From: Azolla caroliniana
Taxonomy: Eukaryota; Plantae; Polypodiophyta
Direction of reading: 5' to 3'
NCBI GenBank assembly: GCA_043228905.1
Contig: JBHGNT010000013.1
Location: forward strand, 3,968,001-4,032,000
DNA: 64,000 nt
Shown here: one piece after another, positions 24,101-35,500 of the stretch
Numbering within the stretch: position 1 is the stretch's first letter
How the letters are laid out: each line of letters opens with the position of its first letter
Made by a program: the position numbers and the translations under genes
Notes under the pieces: model-generated
Database searches by the model: none
What the model saw: the letters and a program-made list of their open reading frames with translations, nothing else
Told to the model about the DNA's origin: nothing

Positions 24101-25899
24101 GGCAATCGTACGGTCAATGATGAGGAAGTGTGTTGGCTTGTACTTTATCGAACACATCGGCGTAATGACGATACTTCTCGGGAAGTTGAACAGTGGATCC
24201 TTCTTTAGTGGTGCTGGAGGGGTTTACTGATATTGCAAAGAGGAGCATTTCCTCCTTGTGCCCTTCTTTACGCAACTGACGTAGCGAAATGGTTGCCATC
24301 TTCTGAGTTGACCGTTGGGTTTGTCGACACCGGATTTCTCTTGTTCTCCAATCTATGTCTGGGTTATGTAACTCGAACCACGGTAATCCTAAAACTATGG
24401 GATGTTCTGGGATACTAATAATATTAAATGATACTACACATGCTAAGTTATCTAGGACAATATTAATGGGCTCTGACTCTTCTATGATATTTCCGGAAGC
24501 AATGGGACGTCCATCAATGACTACTACAGAGGCTGGACACTAGAGTTTTCTTAGGGATATCTTATGAGCTTGAGCAAATTTCTTATCCATAAAGCAAGAG
24601 TTAGCTCCAGAATCTAGGAGTGCTAGGACATGTACTAGAGGGGTACTTTTAGTACTAACTATTACTTAGGTTACGAACACATCACTAACTTGCTTAGAGG
24701 GAATGGAACCACTAATGGGTTGCACAGATCTAGGGTTGTCCAACCAAACGGCTCCTATTTTGGTTGTACTTAGTCGTTTAACTCTTCTTCTAACTGACTA
24801 AGGACATCAAATCTGTTTGCTAGATTTGGGCTATTAGTACTATTAGGACTATCAGATATCCCTATTGAAATAGGCTCGGGTTTAGTACAATGAGAACTAG
24901 CGACTATTTGGTTTACCTGTCTTCTTGGCCTATGGGGGCAATTTATTGCAATATGTCCTAGTCCACCGCAGTAAAGACATAGTCGATTTGTACGGCGTCG
25001 CTGCTTTTCTTCTTCGGATAATGGCCCTCGATGACGTGTAGTGTCAATCTCCATCGGAGTTGGAGTATTCGCTGGAGTCGCATTATATGACTCCCTCGGA
25101 AAAGGTCTTGCTACCATTGAGGCGTAGGTGGGCTCTGATCTTGCCCTCGGCATCTGTAGTTGTCATTCCGAACGTCGCTCAAAGAGGCAGTTATCACATC
25201 TCACCGCGCGACTGATTGCTTCTGTTAAGGACTTTGGCTCTTCGGGGAAGGTCAAGAGTAAATCCTTGACGTCGTTGCATAAACCATAACGGAATTGCTC
25301 CATCAACGCTTGATCATCCCAAGGGATATCGGCGGCGAGTAGGCGAAAATTTGCAGCATATGCGGAGGCTGGACGGTCACCTTGGCATAATCGCCGAATT
25401 TTGTTGATTGCGGTCTTGATGCTGTCAGTATCTCCGAAACATGCTTTAAACTCACCTAGAAACTCTTCAAAATTGTTGAGTAACGGGGATTCCTTTTCTA
25501 ATAGTGGCGCGAACCATGCCAACGCTAAGCCACTTAACAAATGCCTACTAAACCCACTCGTGATGCATCGGTGGGATACCGGGAAGGATTCATTTGAATA
25601 ACTAATCGTACCTGGTTAAGGAACCCTCTAAATTGCGATCGCGTTCCATCGAACTTCGTGGGAAGGCCAATCTTGGGTTCTTTATGAATCCCTTGTGTTC
25701 CAGGCCCTTGTTGTTGCATCGCTACGATGGTTGCTTCGAGTTGTTGCACGCATAACGCAAGTTCCCCATGCTGTTGTTGCGTTTGCTGCTTTTCTAAGGA
25801 GATTTGTTGAAGATCCCCTAGCAACCGTTGGTTTTCTTGTTCCAAGCATTGAAATTCCGAGAAAACAGATTGATATTCTTCAGCGCTAACAGTGGCCAT
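21138..25899 (-). pseudogene. Chromovirus gag-pol, frameshifted
   Basis: ORF pieces 25534-25899, 25163-25540, 24770-25153, 21138-24086 and 21430-22086 carry successive domains. Confidence 0.92.
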
Positions 25900-27478
25900 G
25901 GGATGAAAGAAAAGAGGAATAAGAGATTAGTAGGAAATGAGAGAGACAGAAGGTAGGAAAATCGGTTCAAACTGTCAGGAACAGTACTAAGACAGAGAAG
26001 GAATTAGTACTAAAAGAAGTATTAGTACTAAGAGAGATGAAGAACTCTCGAGAGAAGGAGGGAGTGAGTGAGAGGGAGGGAGAGAGAGATCGAGAGAGAG
26101 AGAGAGAGCGATGATAAGAAAAGATATATATTATGTGAAGAAAATGTACAGTAGCTAGGAGGCTTAAGACTCGCATTGAACCGATTTGGTTCGAAATAAT
26201 GCCTTGTGCCTCCTTTTATATTGCTCTCAGGAGTAGTCCTGAAGCTCCTAGAATGTTCCAAAGAAATCTGGAATATACATCAATTTTCTATAATAAAACA
26301 TAAATGAAAATAATATTTTATGTATTACAATGTATAGTCTAATGGTCAAGAGCTCGACCCATGTAGCATAAGGTCATGGGTTCGAGTCTTGCCATATCAT
26401 GATAGCAATGAAATATGAGGCACAACAAGATACATCGTGGTGGGATATCTTCTTTGCAGATCAACAAGAAATTATTGAAAACTGTGTGTGCAGGTGACTG
26501 GAACTTACAAATGCCATTTACATGGTCTATACAACAATCTCTTGGTTCTCAATCATCGTACCTAATTGATGATAGTTTGGTCCATCCACAACAAAGAGAC
26601 ATTTATGTGGGTCCAAGGATGACAAAAGTAGCTAAATCTCAGAGGCAAGGCAACTAGCAAGAACTAAAGGTTGGGATGTTAATTGCTACATCTGTAGATC
26701 ACGATCAACTAGGCCACCAATTTTGGATTTGTAAAGGTGTGGATGTAGTGATGCATGAAAGCATATCATTGATCAAGTCTAGAAAGGTGCTTTGGTACAA
26801 CACTAGAAGCAAGAATTCATTTATAGGAAAGTAAACACTAGAGATGATGGAATGCTCAACGTCAAGAGGAAATAAAAGGAGGAAAAGAAATATTCGAAAC
26901 ATATCGACCCTTGACATCAATGAGGTGGATATAATTGTGTAAGATTTTACACTAACAAAAGGTGGACGTCTAAGGAAGCCAACAATAAACATAATAAAAT
27001 AGAAATTACCAAGCTTACAAGGCTTTTGAGATCAAAGATGAACTAGGTCAGATGAACCTAATTTGGAGTCACACCATTTAGTTTTAGACGAAGACATGCT
27101 TTGATCAAAACATCTGAGGACGACGAGGAAGAATCCTCATTGTATATTACATATAATAGTTATTCTCACTAAAAGAGTGGTGATATTGACGCAAATCATT
27201 ACTGAGTATGTAAATGTTTGTTGTTTTGAACTCTAACACTTCTACTAAAGTAAATTTGTCATAATAGCAACTACTTGTAAATTCTACGATAAAATATTCA
27301 ATGTAATTTTTGGTATTATGTCATTTTTTGTGTTTTTCCAATTTTTGCAAAAGGGGGATTTTAAAGCTTTTCCATAGAATATTTGAGAATGTGTGATATT
27401 GGTATCAATGACTTTTGTAATATCAGTGAAAAAGTATTGAAATCAAACGGAATATTCCTTATCCTTCCATTTGTCCGT

Positions 27479-27506
27479 GATCCTTGCACTTGTGAACATG
27501 AATGTG
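27479..27506 (-). mobile_element. Right TIR of DNA transposon copy A
   Basis: Reverse complement CACATTCATGTTCACAAGTGCAAGGATC versus the left end CACGTTCACGTTCACAAGTGGAAGGATC at 49940; abuts unrelated Copia coding sequence. Confidence 0.8.
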
Positions 27507-28056
27507 TTGCTAGAGGAATTTAACCTATTTACTATTCCAACTGTGACTTTGTTTTGCGATAATCAATCTTGTATCAAGCTAAGCAAGAATTCGAAGATGA
27601 GTGACAATATATGTCATGTGGACTTAAAACATCACTTTCTTTGTGATCTCATTGAAACAAAGAAGATAGAGCTAAATTTGCTCCCACTCATCAAATGTGG
27701 GCCTATATTCTAACAAAACCTGTTCAACATTGTAAACACATTATTTGTTGCAAGCAAGTTGGATTAATTGATGTAATCGAAGACAAAGATGAAAATCTAC
27801 ACCTCTAGAAATTTTTGCTTAGGGGGGAATGTGGAAAATAAAAATAAAAATAAAAATAAGTAAATAAATACTAGTAGTTTTTTGTTATTAGTTATTAGGA
27901 AAGCAATTTCCTTCATGAGAAGGAAATCACCTCGGTGGTGGTCTTATAAAGCCACCGCCAATGATGTAATACTTAGGGAATTCCAATAATATAATATTGT
28001 TTCCCTCTCTCTCTCTCTCTGTTTCTTTCTATCTTTCTCTCTTTTCTTTCCCTACA
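27507..28056 (+). mobile_element. Copia RNase H remnant, PPT and probable short 3' LTR (27830 to ~28056)
   Basis: LFCDNQSCIKL...HVDLKHHFL; AGGGGGGAA then TGTGGAAAA; possible end TTTCCCTACA. Confidence 0.65.
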
Positions 28057-29299
28057 TGATTTTCTATGGATTCTTTCTCCATCACCATAAGATGTTTGAC
28101 TTGTCAATTGCGTGGCTCTGTTCATCTTTTAAATGTAATGAACAAAGTCAGATCGATCTCCCAAAACTTCATGAATCTAGTCTTTGATATTTTTGTTGGG
28201 CGGTGTAACCCATCCATTACTTTCTTTAGAATTGTTTCTTTCTTTTGTTATTATTGTTGGGCAGATCACGAATATAGAGGTTGCTCCGACATGATGTTAG
28301 CATTCTTTCTTTAGAACCGCACTAAAGATTAAACAAGTCTTATAAGGTAAACATGGTGATGATTAAAAAATGTTTAGGCAAAGAAAAAACGAAAGGAAGA
28401 ATCATAACTAAAAAGGCATGTTTGTAGATCTGTTTAGAAGATTGCACCCTTAAAGTATGTGAAGCCTCTGTAGCAAAAAGGGATTTAAAACAATACCTAT
28501 TGTTTCCCATCATCATCATCATCATAGAATTTAACGTATTATCATAATATAATTTAACTGAAACTGAGAAAATATAATATTATTGCTAGCACTAAAGTTT
28601 GTATATGTCAAACATATCAACTCTCCCTTAAATCTTGCTAGTTTTAGGTGACACATGGACTCATTCTAGGATCTATAGTATGGAAAGAAAGATATGATAT
28701 CTAGAAATAAGGCCAAGGTTAAAGTAGAATTCATGTCCGAAATACCACCCTTTACAGGGGAAAAGAAACTCCCAAGGGTTTATAGATTATGCCCAAGACT
28801 ATAGAGGGTTCATTAATATGGTCGAAGAAAAAGCACGACCCTTGTACCTAAGAAGGAACAAAAGTAGTCATATTTCCGTTTCTACTTCTACATTGACCAT
28901 CAAGCACTGATGTACCTTGTTCATAGCACACATGCTACATGATCAATTTCATGTTGGGTTCCTCAAATTCAATTCAAAGTCATAATATTGTGCTCGGTCA
29001 AGCATTCCTCACAACCAATGGGTGCCGAAGCAACAATTGGCATTGAAGGTGACACACCATATGCTTCACTCATCACACTCAACATTGCACTAACATGGGG
29101 TTGGTGACATCATTCGAGTACTCATACAAGGGGTATTATTCTTAAAACAACTTAGCATAAGTGACCAAGCTAGTCTTATTTTAAAAGTGAGGACCATTCA
29201 CCATAATATGAGGGAATCTATGTAGGAGGCGCAATGGCGACATTCTCGAACCTTGTGTTGTCGATCATGACGTGATCACCATCTTGAGCATCCACAATA

Positions 29300-30645
29300 T
29301 AATCGTAGAAGGAATAATCAAAATCAGGCAGACTTCTGGCGTGTTCATAACACATTAATAAAAGCTCAATGTTGACACAAAGGAATTTTTTGATGATTGT
29401 ACACAGGTCTAGGCTTGCTCAATTAAGTACAAGGACAAAGCTCTTGAGGTTTTTGCTCAATGGATTACTGAAGTCGAAAACCGATCCAACCATAAAGTAA
29501 AGGTGCTGCGGTTGGAGAATGGTGGTGAATACACCTTCTGAGCCTTCAAAACGTACTTGTATGAAAAAGGGATTCGGAACCAGAAGACCCCTACACCCCT
29601 ATGCCAAACGGTGTAGTCAAATGAATGAACCGGACCATACCAGAACGTGTGACGACATTGCTCCAACAGACTAGATTGAAACTGGAGTTCTGGACCAACG
29701 AATTGTAGACAGAAGTATACCTAATAAATGTGTTGTCGTCGAAAGCAATCCAGCTCCAGATGCCACAAGCACTATGGTCAAGAAAACAACCAACCTACAA
29801 TTGACTTCATATATTCAGATGCGAAGTGTATCCATTCATTCAAATGGAGGAAAGGACAAAACTGGCACCCCACTTGAGAAAGTACATATTCCTTGGATAT
29901 GGAACTAATGGGGAATTTGGTTATTGGCTATGGGATCTCGAGAACCGGAAATAGATCTAGGGTAGTGATGTAGTCTTCAACAAAGACTCAATTCTCTCCG
30001 GTCGATACCAACCAAAAATTGACAAAAAGGTCACTTTTGATCTTTCAGACAGAGAATTTGACGAAAACACGCCAAATCGCCGAATACAAATCACCCATCC
30101 GGAAAAATATTGAACATGATTAAGCAAAAAACCCCTCGGCTAAATCTGAATCGGTGAAAGATCCAATTGCCGACTCCGAATCAGCTATAAAATTGATTAG
30201 AGCCGAATCACTTAACATGTCAAACAATCGAGCCGAACCAATCAAGGCACCCAGTAACTAGTGAACTCCCGAGGAAGAGGGCGATTCGATACCAAGGCAC
30301 AATGATTGTCATATCAGATCCCCACCATGATCTCCTTTACATCAGGGTTCAGAACATGCCAATCGGACATTTGAGTCTATCCAAGAATCCGAACTAACAA
30401 AATCAACACCTAGGAGATCCGAAGGAATCCAAAGGCCGACAGAGTTCTACAGCCAAGGCTTGGACTACGTTAACTATACAAATGCAGGCAAACCAAGCTC
30501 CTACGAGGAAGCTATAGTCACGCCAGATTCTGACACATGGCGTCAAGCCATGAACTCAATTAGAGAAAATGATACATGGGAGGTGCTCAAGCTACTAGCC
30601 AGAAGAAAGTCGCCCCCTTGCAAGTGGGTCTAAAGATACAAATAT
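29300..30645 (+). pseudogene. Highly degenerate Copia integrase and RT start
   Basis: EVENRSNHKVKVLRLENGGEY, YIFLGYG..GEFGYWLWD, ENDTWEVLKL and CKWV remnants. Confidence 0.75.
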
Positions 30646-32503
30646 GGCAGCCTGCTGAATACAAGACAAAAAGTAAAGAAAAGAAAGGAAAAGCAAGAAA
30701 ATAAAGAAGTTGAAGTGTGTTGAGAGACAAGCTCAACATTGGGTGCGTAAAACCGTATGCAAAATATGGCCGTGGCGGTGTTTAAACCGATGGGCCGTTA
30801 GAACGTTATCCTTCCTAAGGAATAGTTTTGGGAGGTAGTGTAGAAGGCTCATTTATGAGCGGTCAAGTATTGTTAGTACTTGTGTTAGCCCAATAGTCGG
30901 GGCTTGTATAAAAGGTGTTCACTGAGCACGAAATATGTACAGAGAACATCCACAGAATTATTTTTTAATATAGTTTTGTATTATCTGTTCTCTCTGTCTC
31001 TCCCTCTTTTTCTTCTGTGATTTCGGTGTTTTACCGAACTATTGTACTACCAAACCGTGCACTCTGTGTTCTTAGGCATACACTTTTGCACAAGTATTGC
31101 TTTACAAGGTATTAGAGCTCGAGGGTTGAGACTCCTCTATAGCCGACAGAAAAGCTTGGGATAAAGACAGAGTTATGTTGTTTTCAGAAAAGATAAGACA
31201 TCAATATGGACAGAGGAATGGGAAGCTCGCTACCGACTGAGAAGCTCGACAGGAGCAACTATGCATCTTGGTCGTACAAGATGCACCAGTACCTGCTTTT
31301 TCATGGTATCTAGAGTTATGTCGAAGGAGCTAATGATACAACACCTGAATCGACACACAAAGATTTTTCGTCTTGGGAACAAGCAGCAAGCAGAGTTCTT
31401 TATTGCTTCGCGTCTTGTGTGAACGACTAGTTCTTGAGCTACATTCGGGATGCTAAGACACCAAAGGACATGTGGGCGAATCTCAAGAGGATTTTTGCCG
31501 CTAGCACAACGGCCAAGAAGCTGCAGCTCAGGCAAGAGCTCAGCAATGTCTGGCAGAAAGATCTGTCTGTGGCCTATTACACGGCCTGAATCAAGGAGAT
31601 CTGCGACTCTCTTGCCTCCATCAACGTGAACGTCGAGGAGGAAGAAATGGTACAGGTGTGTCTTGGTGGGTTAGCGTAAAAGTGTGGAGCGTTCTGGATG
31701 ACAGTCTGTACAAGGGAGATTACGCCTTCGTTCTTTCAACTTTAGTCGATGTTGCTCGTAGAGGAAAATCACGTGGGTGCGTCGACGAGTACGCACACCG
31801 ATAGCAAGATGTTGTACACGGAGGAAGATAGGCCCCGTAATCGTGGCGAACGAGGCGGATTAGCGCGCAATGGAGGTGGCCGAAAGGAGTAGAACATGTG
31901 GCATAATCGAAATACCAGAAGCTATTCTGAACCCTCCGAAAGTAGGTGGAGTCATAGTAACGCCAAAAGCCGGAAAGGGAAGGCCGCAACGAAATGTTGG
32001 TACTGTGGCAAGAAAGGCCATGGGGACAACAAGTGCTGGAAGAAGAGAGGCGATTCAGACAAAGCCGAATTGAAGAGAAGAGACGTAGGAAGGCGTCAGA
32101 AATCGCACTACGTCGAAGGATCAGGCCTAGCCTTCGTAATGAAGCACAAGGCAAATTCGATGGCCGTGAACACCTCGAAATTCAGCGAGGTGTCGATTGT
32201 TGATTCCAGAGTGTCAAATCATATGACGAGTCATGAGGAATGGTTCTCATACTTGGAGAACCATGGAGTGGTTGAAACTGGAGACGACACTCCGCATACC
32301 ATCGAACATGTCGTAGAAGTTCCCCTAAGCCACGTTGAGCCGAAAGGGAAACTTATGAACGTGTTGCACATCTCGACAATAACCAAGAACCTGGTGTCAG
32401 TCGATCAGATCGTCGACCAGGGGATGCAAGTTCGGTTCACGCACCTCGGGTGCTACATCGAAGAGGAAGGTAAAGTAATTGCGCAAGGGCACCGTGAAGG
32501 GAG

Positions 32504-35500
32504 TGTTGGGATTACGGTCCCTTCGGATGGGATGGTCGGATGTCGGAGATGAATGCCGACAAGCCCGGTTTCGGTTTCGGAACCGGATGATGAAGACCCC
32601 GACTTCGGAGCCGGATGACGAATGTACCCGGAGAGCGATCCGAATGCAGGGACATATCCGTGAATATGTCTGCTATGGGCCCCTGAGGCTATAGTTGTAA
32701 ATAGCCCCAAAGTCATATATGTATAAATATGACTTAGGGCAAACTGTTTTAGTGCTGCTGATCATTTTTTTCTGTTTTTCCACTCAAGAGGAGTGAAGAG
32801 GGAGCAGCCGTGAGAGAGAGAGAGAGAGAGAGATAGAGCGCGAGAGAGGAAGAGGACGACGCCTCTGTGTATTTCCGCCGCCTGTGGCGAGGACAACGAG
32901 CTCAAGGTCGTCGCCTTGCAGCTCGCCATTGTATACTTCTCTTTGTATAGTGTTGGTTTGGAGTCTTGTACTCCCGTGGTTTTTCCCATCTAGGGTTTTC
33001 CACGTTAATCCCTGTGTATTCGTGTGTTTCTCTCTTTGGTTCCTATTTTCTGCTGCATTGATTCGCGATTACTCGGTTGTGGCCGAGCGGTGAAGGTGAA
33101 TCGAAGCGTCGATTCCCAACAATCTGGTATCAGAGCGAGCTGTTGCAGAAAATGGAAGGCGGCGGCAGCGGGCAGCCGGGGATGATGGTGCTGAATGCGC
33201 AGAATTACGCCGACTGGAAGATCAAGATGGAGGATCTTCTTATTGTTCGGGACCTGTACGAACCGATTGACAGGTCGGAAATACCGAAGGGGGTACTTGA
33301 GTCGGAGTGGAAGCTCCTGAACCGGAAAGCCGTAGCGACGATCCGACAATATGTCGATGTAAGCGTCCTACAACATGTGGCGAATGACACCAACGCATAT
33401 GAGATGTGGAAGAAGCTGTCGGGCCTCTACGAGAGGAAGAATGCGTTGAACCGGACCTCCCTGATGAGGAAGATAGTGACCCTCAAGTACCGGGACGGCG
33501 AGAGTATGGTTGAACACGTAAGCACGTTCATGGGATTCGTGAACCAGCTTGCGGCGATTAAGTTCCCGCTGGAGGATGCAATGCAAGCCATCATTCTTAT
33601 GTGTACATTGCCGGAAAGCTGGGAGAACTTGGTGGTGACTCTCAGCACCTCCTGCACCGAAGATAACTTGTCCTTACAAACAGTAAAGACAAGCATTTTG
33701 AACGAAGAAGCGCGTCAGAGAGATAAAGAACCGGCCTCCGACTCGAAGGCGCTGCTTACCGAATCAGATCGGGGAAGACAATGGAACCGGAGTCCGCAAA
33801 GACGGGAGAAGTCGGGGACCCGGTCGCAGTCAAGAGGAAGGCCCACATGCTTCCACTGTGGGAAGCCGGGGCACTTCCGAAAGAATTGTCGGCATTACCG
33901 AAAAGACAACGGAGCCGACGACACCGATTCGAAGAAGTCACCGGAGAGAAACGGTGCATACCGGGGAGCCACGGACCGGAGAGGTTCGGATCGGCGAGGG
34001 CAGGACCGGAAAGGAACAACGGCACTCGCGGCAAGTGAGGAAGAAATCATGCTCATCACCGAAGAAGGTGAACTAAACATTGCCGGCGATGAGACGACCT
34101 GGGTGGTCGATTCCGGAGCATCGTTCCACCTGACCCCGGAGAGAAGATACTTCTCATCCTACACAGCCGGTGAGCATGGCTGTGTTCAGATAGGGAATGA
34201 AGGTACGTGCCGGATTGCCGGCATAGGAGACGTGTGGTTGACAACCCCGACCGGATGCAAAATGCTGCTGAAGGATGTCCGACACGTTCCGGAGGTTCGA
34301 TTGAACCTGATTTCGGCCGGGAGGCTAGACGATGAAGGCTACACAGGTAGCATCCGGAACGGCGTAATGAAGTTCAGCAAGGGGAGCCTGATAGTGGCTC
34401 GGGCCCGGAAAGACAACACACTGTACCTGATGAATGCCCGGTTATGTCCGGAAGAGCTGAATGTGGCAGCCGACACTGCCGGTGAGCTGTGGCACAAAAG
34501 ACTGTGCCACATGAGTGAGAAGGGGATGAAGAGGCTTGCAGAAGACAACCTTATTCCAGTGAAGCATGTGCACCTGGAGAAGTGCACCGATTGCCTGGCC
34601 GGTAAGCAGAACCGAACCTCCTTCCACTCAAGGCCACCGACGAGACGTAGCGCACCATTGGAGTTGGTGCACACTGATGTGTGTCAGGTAGAAACGAAGT
34701 CACATGGCGGAGCCCAGTACTTCGTAACATTCATTGATGATCACAGCCGGAAGCTGTGGACGGCACCGTTGAAGACAAAGGACCAAGTGCTGTGCGTCTT
34801 CAAAGAACTCCACGCGAGAGTGGAAAGGGAATCCGGCAAGAAGCTGAAAGCGATACGAGCGGATAACGGAGGGGAATACCGGGGGCAGTTCCAGGAGTAC
34901 TGTCGCTCGAAGGGAATCCGGCTCGAGTTTACTGTGCCGAAGATGCCGGAACTAAATGGGCTGGCCGAGAGGATGAACCGGACCATAATGGAGAGGGTCC
35001 GGAGTATGATGGCGCATGCGAAATTACCCAAGGGGTTTTGGGCTGAGGCAATGTCGACGGCGACATACGTGATAAACAGATCACCCTCAGTACCTTTGGA
35101 CGGAGACACGCCGCAGAAAGTGTGGACCGGTAAGGAAGTGTCCTACCGGCATCTGAAGGTGTTCGGGTGTCTCGCATACGTGCATGTGGCAAAGGACCGG
35201 AGAGGAAAGCTAGATCCAAAGACCCGGCCATGCATATTCCTCGGTTACGGCGACGACGAGTTCGGCTACCGAGTATGGGACCCGGTCGACAAGAAGATAT
35301 TCAGGAGTCGAGACATCATCTTCATGGAGGACAAGACACTCGCCGACTGGGAGTCGGAGAAGAAGATGAAGAGCTCCAAGTCGACCAGTGAGGATCAACT
35401 CTACGAGGAGCAGTCCCGACCGGCAAGGGACCGGTTAGCACTCGAGGATCCGGCCGAAGACGGTGAAGAAACAGAACCGGCCGAAGAAGATGAAAATGAT

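Larger units (their letters stand above)
20769..26404 (-). mobile_element. Full-length chromovirus (Tcn1/Tf1-like Gypsy) with LTRs 25973-26404 and 20769-21196, disrupted
   Basis: TSD GCAAT/GCAAT; PPT AAAGGGGGGATAG; gag ([26 protein letters not shown]), protease (LLDSGA), RT (YLDD), RNase H, integrase and chromodomain (EYEVAAILD...YLVDSLGYSPNERTWEP). Confidence 0.95.
14483..27205 (+). pseudogene. DDD-type transposase copy A, split by insertions (pieces 14483-14765, 18299-18690, ~20075-20768, 26410-27205)
   Basis: MSQNSPFFVEEYC start; LRRYYFSFTGDEQDTYL; TYPNVHNDPNL; LYVQLDNTATTNKN; LVGHTHDHIGQMFS; all collinear with 62260-64000. Confidence 0.85.

Noticed and set aside
28330-28640. Possible minus-strand LTR with PPT
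   Set aside because: Only a purine tract and a TG are visible; there is no partner LTR or TSD.
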